Source: Alphaproteobacteria bacterium (GTDB lineage: Bacteria > Pseudomonadota > Alphaproteobacteria > JBKEAR01). From it: a stretch of DNA of 64,000 bases. This document shows positions 8,981-19,553 of the stretch, one piece after another. Below the pieces are notes generated by a model. The model worked only from the letters and a program-made list of their open reading frames with translations, had not been told where the DNA came from and made no database searches. Where the stretch lies: the NCBI GenBank assembly GCA_047973205.1, contig JBKEBO010000074.1:12057-76056 (forward strand), read 5' to 3'. The number at the start of each line of letters is the position of its first letter. Position 1 is the stretch's first letter. The translations under genes were made by a program, and so were the position numbers.

Positions 8981-10519
8981 ATGTCTCAGGAAAATATTAT
9001 TATCTTTGATACAACATTACGTGATGGGGAGCAATCACCAGGTGCATCCATGACCTTCGATGAAAAAATTCGGATTGCCAAAGCCTTAGAGGCTCTTGGT
9101 GTGGATGTGATTGAAGCAGGCTTTCCTATGGCTTCGGCAGGGGATTTTGAAGCCGTTCATGAAATTGCGAAAATAATTAAAAATGCAACGGTTGCGGGGC
9201 TTGCCCGTGGGTTAAAAGCCGATATTGAACGTTGTGGAGAAGCTGTTAAACCTGCAGAACGCAAGAGAATTCATACATTTATTGCTACTTCACCCCTTCA
9301 TCGTCAATATAAATTGAATATGGAAAAAGAACAAGTTATCGAAAAAATCAAGGAAAGTGTGAGTTTTGCTCGCAACTTTACCGATGATGTGGAATGGTCG
9401 GCTGAAGATGGTGCTAGAACGGAGCTTGATTTTTTATGCCAAGCTGTCGAAACTGCCATTAATGCAGGGGCAACTACGGTCAATATTCCTGATACGGTAG
9501 GCTATACCACACCAGAGGAATATGCGGTGATTATTAGCCATGTAAAAAATAATGTACCAAATATCGATAAAGCGATTATATCCGTACATTGTCATAACGA
9601 TTTAGGCCTTGCGGTTGCCAACTCGCTTTCAGCAGTCAAAGCAGGGGCAAGACAAGTGGAATGTACCATTAATGGGCTTGGGGAGCGTGCAGGTAATGCA
9701 GCCTTAGAAGAGATTGTGATGGCAATAAAAACCCGTAAAGATGTGCTTCCTTTTTCTACCAATATCGATACTACAAAAATTATGAAATTAAGCCGTTTAG
9801 TCAGTCAGGCCACAAGCTTTGTCGTGCAGCCCAATAAGGCAATTGTGGGTGATAATGCCTTTGCTCACGAAAGTGGTATTCATCAAGATGGTATGTTAAA
9901 ACATGCAGGAACTTACGAGATTATGACCCCAGAATCTGTTGGTATTTCAAAGACCAACCTTGTTTTAGGCAAGCATTCAGGCCGTCATGCTTTTAAAAAT
10001 CGTTTAGAGGAGCTTGGTTATGAGCTTGGTGATAATGTCCTTAACGATGCCTTTAAACGTTTTAAGGATTTGGCTGATCAGAAAAAAGAGATTTTTGACG
10101 AGGATCTTATCGCCCTTGTGGATGATGAGGCGGCCTCAGCAGATAATCGTATCAAATTGGTTTCGGTAGATTTTCGTTGTGGTACAAATACAAATCCTGC
10201 AGAAGCCTCAGTTGTGTTAGAAATTGACGATGTTCCTCATTCGGCAATGGCCCAAGGTGATGGACCTATTGATGCGGCTTTTAGTTGTGTTAAGCAGCTT
10301 TGTCCTATTCGCCCTCACTTAAAGATTTATCAGGTAGATGCAGTAACAGGCGGAACGGATGCCCAAGGTTATGCAACGGTTCGCTTGGAATATAAAGGCT
10401 CGCAGTCTATGGGGCAAGGGGCGGATACAGATGTAATGGTTGCTTCAGTTAAAGCCTATATCAACGCTATGAACAGCCTTTTAACCAGACTTGAAAAAGC
10501 TAAACCTCAAGGGGTGTAA
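8981..10519 (+). CDS. leuA: 2-isopropylmalate synthase
   Basis: [29 protein letters not shown] and the C-terminal LeuA dimerisation/regulatory domain. Confidence 0.95.
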   Translation: MSQENIIIFDTTLRDGEQSPGASMTFDEKIRIAKALEALGVDVIEAGFPMASAGDFEAVHEIAKIIKNATVAGLARGLKADIERCGEAVKPAERKRIHTFIATSPLHRQYKLNMEKEQVIEKIKESVSFARNFTDDVEWSAEDGARTELDFLCQAVETAINAGATTVNIPDTVGYTTPEEYAVIISHVKNNVPNIDKAIISVHCHNDLGLAVANSLSAVKAGARQVECTINGLGERAGNAALEEIVMAIKTRKDVLPFSTNIDTTKIMKLSRLVSQATSFVVQPNKAIVGDNAFAHESGIHQDGMLKHAGTYEIMTPESVGISKTNLVLGKHSGRHAFKNRLEELGYELGDNVLNDAFKRFKDLADQKKEIFDEDLIALVDDEAASADNRIKLVSVDFRCGTNTNPAEASVVLEIDDVPHSAMAQGDGPIDAAFSCVKQLCPIRPHLKIYQVDAVTGGTDAQGYATVRLEYKGSQSMGQGADTDVMVASVKAYINAMNSLLTRLEKAKPQGV

Positions 10520-10601
10520 CGCACTGGGTGTGGGTAGTAAGGGCAAAGCCCCATGAATATTGCGGGTGTAGTTACAAAAACTTATGCGAATAAAGAAAAT
10601 G

Positions 10602-11957
10602 CTAAAGATTTTCTAACCAACTTAAAATAGCTCGAATCCCCATGGCTTCGCCACCAGCAGGATGACCTGCCCGTTGTCCTGTTGGATTCCAGCCGAAAAT
10701 ATCAAAATGCATCCATTTTTGCCCTTCACCAACAAATTCCGATAAGAACAACCCTGCAGTAATTGCTCCTGCCATACCTGCAGCAGTTTCGGATACATTA
10801 TTTAAATCAGCAACATTGGAACTCAAATGACGGCGATAACCCTCAAATAAGGGAAGTTGCCATAAATAATCCTCACAAGCAAAGCTCTGCTTTACAATTT
10901 GTTTAATCGCCTTATCATCATTGCCCATAATAGCACCAACTTCAGCCCCTAAAGCTACACGAGCAGCTCCTGTAAGGGTTGCCATATCAATAATATAGTC
11001 ATTATTTTCTTCGCTAGCTAAGCTTAAACAGTCCGATAAAATCATGCGACCCTCAGCATCTGTATGGCCAATCTCTATGGTTTTACCTCCTCGTCCTTTG
11101 TAAATATCACCTGGACGGAAAGCTTTGGCAGAAATATTATTTTCTACCATGGGAAGAATTACACGTAAGTCGATATTTAAATCTAAGCCCATAATCATGG
11201 TTGCTAGGCCTAAAACATTGGCTGCTCCGCCCATATCTTTTTTCATATGACGCATAGAGCCACTTGGCTTAACATTTACACCGCCCGTATCAAAACAAAC
11301 TCCTTTACCTATAAGTGTTATTTTAGGAGCATTTTTTTTATGCCAACGAATATCGAGCACTCGTGATGTATCAGGTGATGACTTACCCACAGCATAAACA
11401 GCAGGAAACTCTTTTTGCAGGCTTTCTCCCTGATATATCTTAACTTTTGCAGCATATTCTTTAGCTAAATCTTCGGCCTTTTTTGCCAATTCTATGGGGC
11501 CTAGGATATTAACGGGTTCATTAATAAGGTTGCGAGCTAAAAAAATGCCTTTTTGCTTAACCTCTAAACGCTGGAGAAGCGTTTTATCTTCCACCAATAT
11601 ATTTGCCTCAGATATGGGTTTACTTTTGCTTTTATATTTATCAAACTTATAGTAGCCCATCATATAGGCAACTAAAGCTTGTTCTAAATCAAAGTCCTTG
11701 CCGATAATTTCCCAATCGCCTGTTTGTAATTTTTTAGCCAAATGACCAAAGCATGCAAATATGGATTTCTCAAAAACGAGAACCCCATTTAACTTGTTAT
11801 CTTCAAACCATTGGGCAAAACTTCCCTCGCAAGCTTCATTAATAATCAAAGCGGCTTGTTGCTGGCAATCCTTTGATTGTTTCTTAAGCCATTTGGCATA
11901 AACATCTTTGCCCACAATATATAATTTCTGTGGATTTTTTGATTGATGAATAAACAT
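10602..11957 (-). CDS. pepA: leucyl aminopeptidase (M17 family)
   Basis: M17 catalytic-domain motif HTDAEGRMILSD and an N-terminal M17 domain. Confidence 0.9.
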   Translation of the reverse strand: MFIHQSKNPQKLYIVGKDVYAKWLKKQSKDCQQQAALIINEACEGSFAQWFEDNKLNGVLVFEKSIFACFGHLAKKLQTGDWEIIGKDFDLEQALVAYMMGYYKFDKYKSKSKPISEANILVEDKTLLQRLEVKQKGIFLARNLINEPVNILGPIELAKKAEDLAKEYAAKVKIYQGESLQKEFPAVYAVGKSSPDTSRVLDIRWHKKNAPKITLIGKGVCFDTGGVNVKPSGSMRHMKKDMGGAANVLGLATMIMGLDLNIDLRVILPMVENNISAKAFRPGDIYKGRGGKTIEIGHTDAEGRMILSDCLSLASEENNDYIIDMATLTGAARVALGAEVGAIMGNDDKAIKQIVKQSFACEDYLWQLPLFEGYRRHLSSNVADLNNVSETAAGMAGAITAGLFLSEFVGEGQKWMHFDIFGWNPTGQRAGHPAGGEAMGIRAILSWLENL

Positions 11958-12000
11958 TAAAACTCCTTTTTATTAATAAGCCATAAATAATGGCAAATTT

Positions 12001-12939
12001 TTAATGAGCCATAAATAATGGCACGGGGCATCGGGTGAGAAGATGAGTGGTTACGCCACCTAAAACAAATTCTCTCATACGAGAATGACCATAAGCACCT
12101 GCTATCATAAAGTCAATTTTTCTTTCTTCTATTTCGGCTAAAAGCGAAGCTCCCACAGAGGTTACCTCGAGGGCATCAAAAACCAACTTGTCCGTTGATA
12201 TACCATGAAAACCAAGCCATTTTTCAATCTCATCAGCTTCAGACGGGTCTGTTTTTTTGGTTTCATAAGTTAGGATTGTCACTGTTTCGGCTGCTCGGAT
12301 AAAGGGCATTGCACTACTCACTGCATGGGAAGACTCATTAGAGCCATTCCATGCAATAGCTACATGTTTTGGCATGGCTTCTATTGGTTTTATATTGTCA
12401 CCTGTAGGCAGTAAAATCAACGGTTTAGATGCATCAAATAAGATATTATGTATTACAGGAGAAAGCCAAATATCACTTTCTTCTAAAGGGCGGCTTGTTA
12501 GACATAAGTCACTCACTAAGGACTGTTTTATAATGATACTATCGCCATCTAAGGCGGGTGAACTATCGATCCAGCTGGCTGTTGCCTCATCTAAAAAGCT
12601 GGTATTATCAACATCACGTTTTTTAATTTGGTATTTATCGCAAGCTTTATCGAAAATATCACGATAAGCCTTACGAGCCGCTTCAACCTCAGCTTCGTAA
12701 CGTTTAATATAATCTTTAATCTCTGGCATAGAGTCAGGGTCAAGCATTGGTAGTCTTGTTATCCCTCCAATAATTGGCCATCTTGCTAAAAGAGGGCTTG
12801 ATATTTGTGGTCTTTCTACAGCAACCACACGAGTCACGTCTGCATGGGCTTTCAGAAGCTTAATGAACCCAAAAGCCTGCATTAGCAAATCATTAGCAGT
12901 TTCCACATCTTCCAAAGGAACAAATATTCTGTTTAGCAT
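12001..12939 (-). CDS. universal stress protein family protein (tandem Usp domains)
   Basis: Two UspA-like halves. The C-terminal half ends ...MIAGAYGHSRMREFVLGGVTTHLLTRCPVPLFMAH, the typical Usp ATP-binding end. Confidence 0.7.
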   Translation of the reverse strand: MLNRIFVPLEDVETANDLLMQAFGFIKLLKAHADVTRVVAVERPQISSPLLARWPIIGGITRLPMLDPDSMPEIKDYIKRYEAEVEAARKAYRDIFDKACDKYQIKKRDVDNTSFLDEATASWIDSSPALDGDSIIIKQSLVSDLCLTSRPLEESDIWLSPVIHNILFDASKPLILLPTGDNIKPIEAMPKHVAIAWNGSNESSHAVSSAMPFIRAAETVTILTYETKKTDPSEADEIEKWLGFHGISTDKLVFDALEVTSVGASLLAEIEERKIDFMIAGAYGHSRMREFVLGGVTTHLLTRCPVPLFMAH

Positions 12940-13047
12940 CTAAAATCACTCCTCATTGTTAGCACTTTTTTTACCTTTTATTATTATGCTCCTATTTAGA
13001 GCCTTTTTAAAGGGGTAATCACTTATTTTTTTGATAAAAGGAAGAAA

Positions 13048-13563
13048 ATGTATAAGCTCACCTTAAAAATATTCACCATTTTGGGATTATGTTTAAGTTT
13101 TTCTGTTTCTGCTAATGTTGAAGCAAAAGGAACAGGGCTTGGTTTTCCGAGATTTGTCAGTCTTAAAGGAAGTAAGGCCAATTTGCGTACAGGACCTGGA
13201 CGAAACTTTCCGATTGAATGGATTTATCAAAATAAGGGGTTACCATTAAAGGTTATTGCCGAATACGATAAATGGTACAAGGTGGAAGATATTGAAGGCT
13301 CAAAAGGCTGGATGCATCATACACTTTTTTCGGGAAAGCGTATGGTACAAATAAAATCGAATAATACCGTATCATTACAATCGCTTCCTACCTATGGTTC
13401 TGCACCTGTTGCATGGTTAGAGCCAAATAGTATCGGTAATGTTGTGGAATGTCCTGAGGGGAAATCGTGGTGCGAGGTGAGTTTTCAAAAATATAAAGGC
13501 TTTGTGGAACGTAGTCTTCTTTGGGGTGTTCTTGAAGGTGAAACAATAAAGATTGAGGAGTAA
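13048..13563 (+). CDS. SH3b-domain secreted protein
   Basis: Signal peptide followed by two bacterial SH3-like segments (ANLRTGPGRNFPIEWIYQNKGLPLKVIAEYDKWYKVE...). Confidence 0.7.
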   Translation: MYKLTLKIFTILGLCLSFSVSANVEAKGTGLGFPRFVSLKGSKANLRTGPGRNFPIEWIYQNKGLPLKVIAEYDKWYKVEDIEGSKGWMHHTLFSGKRMVQIKSNNTVSLQSLPTYGSAPVAWLEPNSIGNVVECPEGKSWCEVSFQKYKGFVERSLLWGVLEGETIKIEE

Positions 13564-13565
13564 GC

Positions 13566-13703
13566 TATGGAAAAGTATGATGAAATCTTAGGTGTAGATA
13601 TTCTAAAAGAAGTCGATGCCCTAACAATGTGGGATATCTTAGATGATAGCCATGTTGAAGATGATTACTACCAAGAACTAACAGCTGATATTGGTATTGA
13701 GTA
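13566..13703 (+). CDS. hypothetical 45-aa highly acidic micro-protein, translationally coupled to the SH3 gene
   Basis: ATG sits 2 nt after the SH3 stop, preceded by SD gaggag at 6-nt spacing. Product MEKYDEILGVDILKEVDALTMWDILDDSHVEDDYYQELTADIGIE. Below the ORF-track cutoff. Confidence 0.35.
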
Positions 13704-13827
13704 ATCAACATATTATTATGTAGGAGGTATACTACATATGGACGTGACTATAAACGGGGCTTTGCCTTTTGGCTTATAAGCAAAATGCTTGTATCTGAAA
13801 GGTAAGCCCTTTATTTTTATATATTTT

Positions 13828-14634
13828 TTATTTGGTCGAGGTTGAGGAGAGCGTAACCCAAATAGGGGCATGATCAGATGGTTTTTCTAAAGCCCGCATA
13901 TCCTTATCTATGCCTGCATCAATCAAATGATTGGCTATTGCTGGCGAAAGCAAAATATGGTCTATTCGCAAACCATGGTCTTGTTTAAAGCCCGCATTGC
14001 GATAATCCCACCATGTATAACCAACTTTAGGCTCTACCATCTTTAGACTATCAGTTAGGCCAAGATGCAATATCCGAAAATAAGCATCACGACTTTGCAC
14101 ATGAAGCAATGCATCATCTTGCCATTTTTTTGCATCAAAAGCATCACTATCATAAGGTGCAACATTCCAATCACCCGCAATTAAAAAGGGAATATCTGCT
14201 TCTTTTAAGCTTTTTAAATGGCAATAAAGTCGTTCCATCCATGCTAGTTTATAGAGAAATTTTTCGTGAAGTTGGCCATTTTCTTCTATTGTTGGGTTAC
14301 CATTAGGTAGATAAATATTAATGAATAGCCAATGGGTCTCTTTATCCAAAATCTGAATAAAGCGAGCTTGCTCATCATGCTCACCACCACTCAGAGCCGT
14401 TTGTTCTACCTCTATATCTCTTTTGGTAATTATCGCTACGCCATTATATGTTTTTTGCCCAACAATATAAGCCTTATAGCCTAAGGATTGTACTTCTAAA
14501 AAAGGGAAGTTATCTTCGGTTGTTTTGAGCTCCTGAAGCATTAATATATCGGGCTGGTAGTGGCTAAGATACTGTAAAACATGGTCTAATCTTGCCTTTA
14601 TAGAGTTAACATTCCAGCAGCAAATACGCATCAT
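13828..14634 (-). CDS. xthA: exodeoxyribonuclease III
   Basis: MRICCWNVNSIKARL... ExoIII/APE1 family. Start trimmed to MMRICC at 14634. Confidence 0.9.
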   Translation of the reverse strand: MMRICCWNVNSIKARLDHVLQYLSHYQPDILMLQELKTTEDNFPFLEVQSLGYKAYIVGQKTYNGVAIITKRDIEVEQTALSGGEHDEQARFIQILDKETHWLFINIYLPNGNPTIEENGQLHEKFLYKLAWMERLYCHLKSLKEADIPFLIAGDWNVAPYDSDAFDAKKWQDDALLHVQSRDAYFRILHLGLTDSLKMVEPKVGYTWWDYRNAGFKQDHGLRIDHILLSPAIANHLIDAGIDKDMRALEKPSDHAPIWVTLSSTSTK

Positions 14635-14639
14635 CGGAT

Positions 14640-15014
14640 TTACACAGGCACCGAAAATGACGAACCGCACGAACATGTGGACTCCGCCTTAGGAACGGTT
14701 AAATGAAACCAACTTCCCATCAAATTATTGGTAAATTCTACGGTAGAGCCTGCTAAAAATTCATAGGATGTCTCATCAACTACAACCGATATATCCTCAT
14801 TAGTAAACACATAATCATCATCATTCATTTGTGTATCAAGCTTAAAGCGAGTTTGAAAGCCCGAACAGCCACCACCTTCAACCCAAAAGCGTAAAAATGT
14901 TCCTTCTTCCTCACTTTTTTTAAGCTCTTTAAGGCGAGATGTTGCCCCTTCTGAGATTGTTAGAATTTTTTCGGGCATATCAAGCTTACTTAAGTTGCTA
15001 TTAAATACTGTCAT
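14640..15014 (-). CDS. iron-sulfur cluster insertion protein, HesB/IscA/ErpA family
   Basis: FWVEGGGCSGFQ and C-terminal CSCGSSF cysteine motifs. Start set at ATG 15014, which has an aggtga SD. Confidence 0.8.
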   Translation of the reverse strand: MTVFNSNLSKLDMPEKILTISEGATSRLKELKKSEEEGTFLRFWVEGGGCSGFQTRFKLDTQMNDDDYVFTNEDISVVVDETSYEFLAGSTVEFTNNLMGSWFHLTVPKAESTCSCGSSFSVPV

Positions 15015-15077
15015 TTTTTTATCACCTAGATTTATATCTTTATTTTTTATATTTATCTTTATTGAGCCATTTGTCAA

Positions 15078-15500
15078 TCACATCAAGCAGCTTTCAATTT
15101 TACTTGAACTTGCAAGAGTTCGATAAACAGGGCATTTGTTAGCAATTTCTAACAGCCGTTGCTTTTGCTCATCTAAAAGCTTGCCTTTGATGATGATTTC
15201 TCGCACAAAAATATCTTGTTTTTGCTCATCTTTATGATGCTTCACCTTAACACTCACATGCTCTAATGGCCATTTTTTATGCTCAGCATACATACGCAAA
15301 GTAATGGAAGTACAACCCCCTAAAGCCGCTGCAAGCATATCATATGGCGAAAAGCTTAAATCGTCACCACCCATATGTTTTGGCTCATCTATAAGCATAT
15401 GATGTTTTTGACTTTGAGCATCATTGACATAAATACCTAATGATTTATTCTCAGAGATAATTAACTCGCCCTCTTTAATTAACGATTGATTGTAAAGCAT
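15078..15500 (-). CDS. OsmC/Ohr-family peroxiredoxin-like protein
   Basis: PYDMLAAALGGCTSITLRMYA ... CPVYRTL, the OsmC family signature. Confidence 0.8.
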   Translation of the reverse strand: MLYNQSLIKEGELIISENKSLGIYVNDAQSQKHHMLIDEPKHMGGDDLSFSPYDMLAAALGGCTSITLRMYAEHKKWPLEHVSVKVKHHKDEQKQDIFVREIIIKGKLLDEQKQRLLEIANKCPVYRTLASSSKIESCLM

Positions 15501-15641
15501 TTTTTCTTCACATTGCTCCTTTATATTAAACTTTTAAGGCAATTATAGCATATAAGTGAGCAAAGCCTTGAAAAAAAAAGACCATTAAAGTATAAAAGAG
15601 ATAAATTTACATAGAACCTCCACTATTAGGAACAAATAGCA

Positions 15642-17393
15642 ATGAATATTTTTTCGCATTTTTCGCAGCAAATCCAACAACTTGTTAAAGAACATGCTTC
15701 ATCTTGGCAATTAGAAAATCTTGATAATTTAAGCCGTATGAGTGTTGAAGCTCCCAAAGATGCATCCCATGGAGATATTGCAACAAATGTGGCTCTTATT
15801 TTGGCTAAGCCAAACAGCCAAAATCCACGAGATTTAGGGCAGAAAATTGCCGATAAATTGGCTCACCTCAGTAATGTACAGTCAGCAGAAATTGCAGGGC
15901 CTGGTTTTATTAATCTTCGTCTTGCGGATAGTTTTTGGCAAAACTGTATTGCGGATATTTTAAAATCTTCGGCAAATTATGGCCAAAGCAACAAAGGAGC
16001 TGGCGAGGTTATTAATGTGGAATATGTTTCGGCAAACCCTACAGGACCACTGCATGTGGGCCATTGCCGTGGAGCTATTGTGGGTGATGCTATTGCCCGT
16101 CTTTTAAGCTTTGTAGGCTATAATGTAACCAAAGAATATTATATTAACGATGCAGGGGCTCAGGTGGATGTTTTGGCTCGTTCAGCCTATTTGCGTTATG
16201 TTGAGGCTATAACCAAAAAAGAAGCCGAAATTCCCGAAGGCCTATATCCTGGTGAATATTTAATTGCAGTGGGTGAGGCTTTAGCCGCAAAATATGGCGA
16301 TCGATATATTGGGGTAGATAATGAAGAATATCTGGAAGAGTTTCGCAATTTTGCCATTGAACAAATGATGCAGCTTATTAAAGTTCAGCTTGATGAGTTG
16401 GGTGTTCATCACGATGTCTTTACCTCTGAGCGTAGCTTTGTTCAAAGTGGAAAAATGGAGAAAGCCTTAGATATTTTACGCGATATGGGTGTGGTTTATG
16501 AGGGCATATTGCCTAAACCAAAGGGAAGCGATGATGAAGATTGGGAGCCTATAGAGCTGACCTTATTTAAATCGACCGATTTTGGTGACGATGTAGACCG
16601 CCCCTTATTTAAATCGGATGGTAGCCATACCTATTTTGCCTCTGATATCGCTTATCATTTTGATAAATATCAACGTGGTGCAAAGCTTCAGGTTGATATT
16701 TGGGGAGCTGACCATGGTGGCTATGTTAAGCGAATGCAAGCAGGGCTCAAAGCCATTACCAGCAACAATGCGGAGCTACGGGTAAAGCTATGTCAAATGG
16801 TGAATTTGATGGATAACGGCACTCCTGTTAAAATGTCTAAACGGGCGGGCAACTTTATTACCACATCTGATGTTGTTGAAAAAGTTGGTAAAGATGTGGT
16901 TCGTTTTATCATGCTTACACGCTCCGCTGATACTCAGCTTGAGTTCGACCTTACCAAAGTTGTGGAGATGAGTAAGGATAACCCTGTATTTTATGTGCAA
17001 TATGCCCATGCTCGGGTATGTTCTGTAAAGAAACAGCTGGAGGAAGCCTTTGATGGCATAGATTTATCTGATGAAAATCTTCAAAAAGCGTCACTCAACC
17101 TATTGACTAATGAGGGTGAGCTGAGTCTTATCCGTAATATGCTCCGTTGGCCTTTGATTGTTGAAGCTGCAGCCGAAAAACAAGAACCTCATCGTATTGC
17201 CAATTATCTGTACGAGCTTGCCGCCCAACTTCATTCTCAATGGAATAAGGGAAATGATGATGCATCTTTACGATTTATTATCCTTAATGATATAGAATTA
17301 AGCCTTGCAAGATTTGCCCTTTTGCGAAGTGTTCAAAATATTATTGCAATCGGGCTTGACTTATTTGGTGTGGAACCCAAGGAGAAGATGTAA
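15642..17393 (+). CDS. argS: arginine--tRNA ligase
   Basis: Class I HVGH motif (PLHVGHCRGA), KMSKR motif and the Arg-tRNA-synthetase anticodon-binding C-terminus. Confidence 0.95.
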   Translation: MNIFSHFSQQIQQLVKEHASSWQLENLDNLSRMSVEAPKDASHGDIATNVALILAKPNSQNPRDLGQKIADKLAHLSNVQSAEIAGPGFINLRLADSFWQNCIADILKSSANYGQSNKGAGEVINVEYVSANPTGPLHVGHCRGAIVGDAIARLLSFVGYNVTKEYYINDAGAQVDVLARSAYLRYVEAITKKEAEIPEGLYPGEYLIAVGEALAAKYGDRYIGVDNEEYLEEFRNFAIEQMMQLIKVQLDELGVHHDVFTSERSFVQSGKMEKALDILRDMGVVYEGILPKPKGSDDEDWEPIELTLFKSTDFGDDVDRPLFKSDGSHTYFASDIAYHFDKYQRGAKLQVDIWGADHGGYVKRMQAGLKAITSNNAELRVKLCQMVNLMDNGTPVKMSKRAGNFITTSDVVEKVGKDVVRFIMLTRSADTQLEFDLTKVVEMSKDNPVFYVQYAHARVCSVKKQLEEAFDGIDLSDENLQKASLNLLTNEGELSLIRNMLRWPLIVEAAAEKQEPHRIANYLYELAAQLHSQWNKGNDDASLRFIILNDIELSLARFALLRSVQNIIAIGLDLFGVEPKEKM

Positions 17394-18731
17394 ATGGTTG
17401 ATAATAACAGACGATTTTTAGACCCTGAAGATATAAATAACGAGGAAGATGAAGCAACTTCATCTGCTCAATCATCTTCACCTAAAGCGTTAAAGCCGGC
17501 ACCATTAAAAGTTAACCCTATATTGCAATCTAATCCACAGGCTTCACAACAAAAAGATGCTCAAAAGCTTGATGAGCCTCACTTTATCGAGGAAGAAACT
17601 CCTCAAAAAGAGCAGCCAGCCCCTCTTATTCAAGAGCCAATAACAGCCCAAACACAACAGCCTCAACTTGAGAGTGGTTGGATGAAAAATATTGCCAACC
17701 GTCATAAGCAAAACCCATCACAAAATGAAGCAAAATATGAGCCTAGCTTTGATGAAGATACTTCTCGTAAGGAAGAAGAATCTGTCTATATGCTCCATGA
17801 GCAAACACCGCCTAAGCCAGAGCAAACTCACTTTGAGAATGAATGGATGAAAAATGTAGCTGACCGCCGTAAGCAAAAACTTATGGAAAAAGAAGCACCA
17901 AAAATCCCTCCACGAAAACCCAAAATTGAGCTTAATTTAGATGAGCCCAAAGTGGATATCGAAAAACCCATTTTGGCCATTGAGGAAGAAATCGAAACAC
18001 AGCTTTTAGTTGAAGAAAAAAAATCATCTCATCTTTGGCTTTGGATGCTTCTTATGGCTCTAATTGTTATTGTTGCCTCTGTTATTGCATTGCGATTTTT
18101 TGGTGGTAATAGTAAAGCTCAAGGCAATTACGATAAGCCTGTTATTTCTGCTGAACCCCAATGGAAAGTTCGCCCCGAAGACCGTGGTGGTGCGGATGTT
18201 CCCTTTGAGGATTTAAAAATCTTAGACACAACAGGTAATGCTCGCTTGTTGCAAAATCATGTGGATTTGTTATTACCTACAGGACAAGCTCAGGCTCAAA
18301 ATGAGCAAAAAATAGATATGACAGAACATGACTTACAACAAGAAGTTGCTTCACTCCTTGCCGCATCAGCCCCTTCAGAAGATGCCTTAAACAGTAATGA
18401 TATTGAGGCAGAATCTTCACAAACAACAGCGACACCAAGTCGTGAGAAAATCGTCTCCCAGCCCTCCGAAATCCCAGTATCATCCGAGGGTATCTCTGCT
18501 TGGCAAGTGCAAATGTCTTCGGTGTTTTCCGAAAAAGATGCAAAGGCCGAATGGCAACGTTTTTCTCGTCGATACGGTAATATTGTTACAGACCAACCAG
18601 CACTTATTGTTCAGGCGGGCAATGCTTTTGCCTTGCGTATCGGGAGCTTCCAATCATCACGCGATGCTCAAAGTTTGTGTGAGCATATCAAAACCGCTGG
18701 TGGTGATTGCTTAATCATTTCCCCAAGGTAA
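17394..18731 (+). CDS. SPOR domain-containing membrane protein (cell-division associated)
   Basis: Starts immediately after the argS stop. Acidic/Pro-Gln-rich N-terminus, one TM segment, C-terminal SPOR domain. Internal duplicated motif ESGWMKNIANRHKQ / ENEWMKNVADRRKQ. Confidence 0.8.
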   Translation: MVDNNRRFLDPEDINNEEDEATSSAQSSSPKALKPAPLKVNPILQSNPQASQQKDAQKLDEPHFIEEETPQKEQPAPLIQEPITAQTQQPQLESGWMKNIANRHKQNPSQNEAKYEPSFDEDTSRKEEESVYMLHEQTPPKPEQTHFENEWMKNVADRRKQKLMEKEAPKIPPRKPKIELNLDEPKVDIEKPILAIEEEIETQLLVEEKKSSHLWLWMLLMALIVIVASVIALRFFGGNSKAQGNYDKPVISAEPQWKVRPEDRGGADVPFEDLKILDTTGNARLLQNHVDLLLPTGQAQAQNEQKIDMTEHDLQQEVASLLAASAPSEDALNSNDIEAESSQTTATPSREKIVSQPSEIPVSSEGISAWQVQMSSVFSEKDAKAEWQRFSRRYGNIVTDQPALIVQAGNAFALRIGSFQSSRDAQSLCEHIKTAGGDCLIISPR

Positions 18732-18863
18732 GGCTTGACTCTGTTGTAGCTACATCTTAGCAAAATAAAATATGCTCAAAATCCATATTTCCTTTGGCAT
18801 TGGGTGAAAATTATTATATATTTATGCCATATAAAAAATCATAAGGTAAGGAGCTTAAATTCT

Positions 18864-19118
18864 ATGTTTGGTAAATTCGGTGTAACTGAACTCATTATTA
18901 TTTTAGTTATTGTTTTGGTTATTTTTGGGGGTCGTGGCAAGATTTCTGCTATTATGGGTGATGTTGGCTCTGGCCTAAAAGCCTTTAAAAAATCAGTAAA
19001 AGATGACGAAGAAGTTGTTAAGAAGGAAGCTTCGGAAGTTGTTGAAAATGTTCAGACTGAGCTTAAAGAAACGACAGAAGAAGTTGCTGATATTGTTGAA
19101 GAGAAAAAAGAAGTCTAA
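18864..19118 (+). CDS. tatA: twin-arginine translocase subunit TatA
   Basis: MFGKFGVTELIIILVIVLVIFG... Start set at 18864 with SD aaggag. The 5-prime extended frame from 18804 was rejected. Confidence 0.9.
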   Translation: MFGKFGVTELIIILVIVLVIFGGRGKISAIMGDVGSGLKAFKKSVKDDEEVVKKEASEVVENVQTELKETTEEVADIVEEKKEV

Positions 19119-19124
19119 CTCCTT

Positions 19125-19553
19125 ATGATCCCTGGTCTTAGTGGTGCAGAATTTTTGGCCGTTGTTATTATTGCGGTTCTAATTATCCCTTCAAAGGACT
19201 TACCAAAAGTTGCTCGCGAATGCGGTAAATTATGGGTGAAACTTAAGGTGCAGATATCCAATATCCGAGCCCAATTTGACCAAGCGATGAGCGAGGCCGA
19301 GTTGGAAGAAATTAAGCAAACAGGCTCGCATATTTCCGATGCTATAGGCTCAGTTAAAAATCCTCAAGAAGCCGTAAAAAAATATGTAAATAAGGCGGTT
19401 GCTTCGGAACAACTTAATATAGTTCAAGAGGTTAAGGAAGAAGTCAGCAAAGTGAGTGATGATATAACCAAAGAGACTTCTGAACCATTAGAGGCTGCAA
19501 AAAAAATAGCTACCGAGGCTGAAGAAGAGCTTAAAACTGAGGAGCAAAAATGA
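19125..19553 (+). CDS. tatB: twin-arginine translocase subunit TatB
   Basis: TatA/B-type N-terminal TM helix plus amphipathic helix. Position between tatA and tatC. Confidence 0.8.
   Translation: MIPGLSGAEFLAVVIIAVLIIPSKDLPKVARECGKLWVKLKVQISNIRAQFDQAMSEAELEEIKQTGSHISDAIGSVKNPQEAVKKYVNKAVASEQLNIVQEVKEEVSKVSDDITKETSEPLEAAKKIATEAEEELKTEEQK

Noticed and set aside
13738-13779. 13-codon ORF (MDVTINGALPFGL) with a strong AGGAGG SD in the SH3/xthA gap
   Set aside because: Too short to assess. The sequence overlaps a terminator-like hairpin (ggggcttt...aagccc), so the SD-like match may be incidental.
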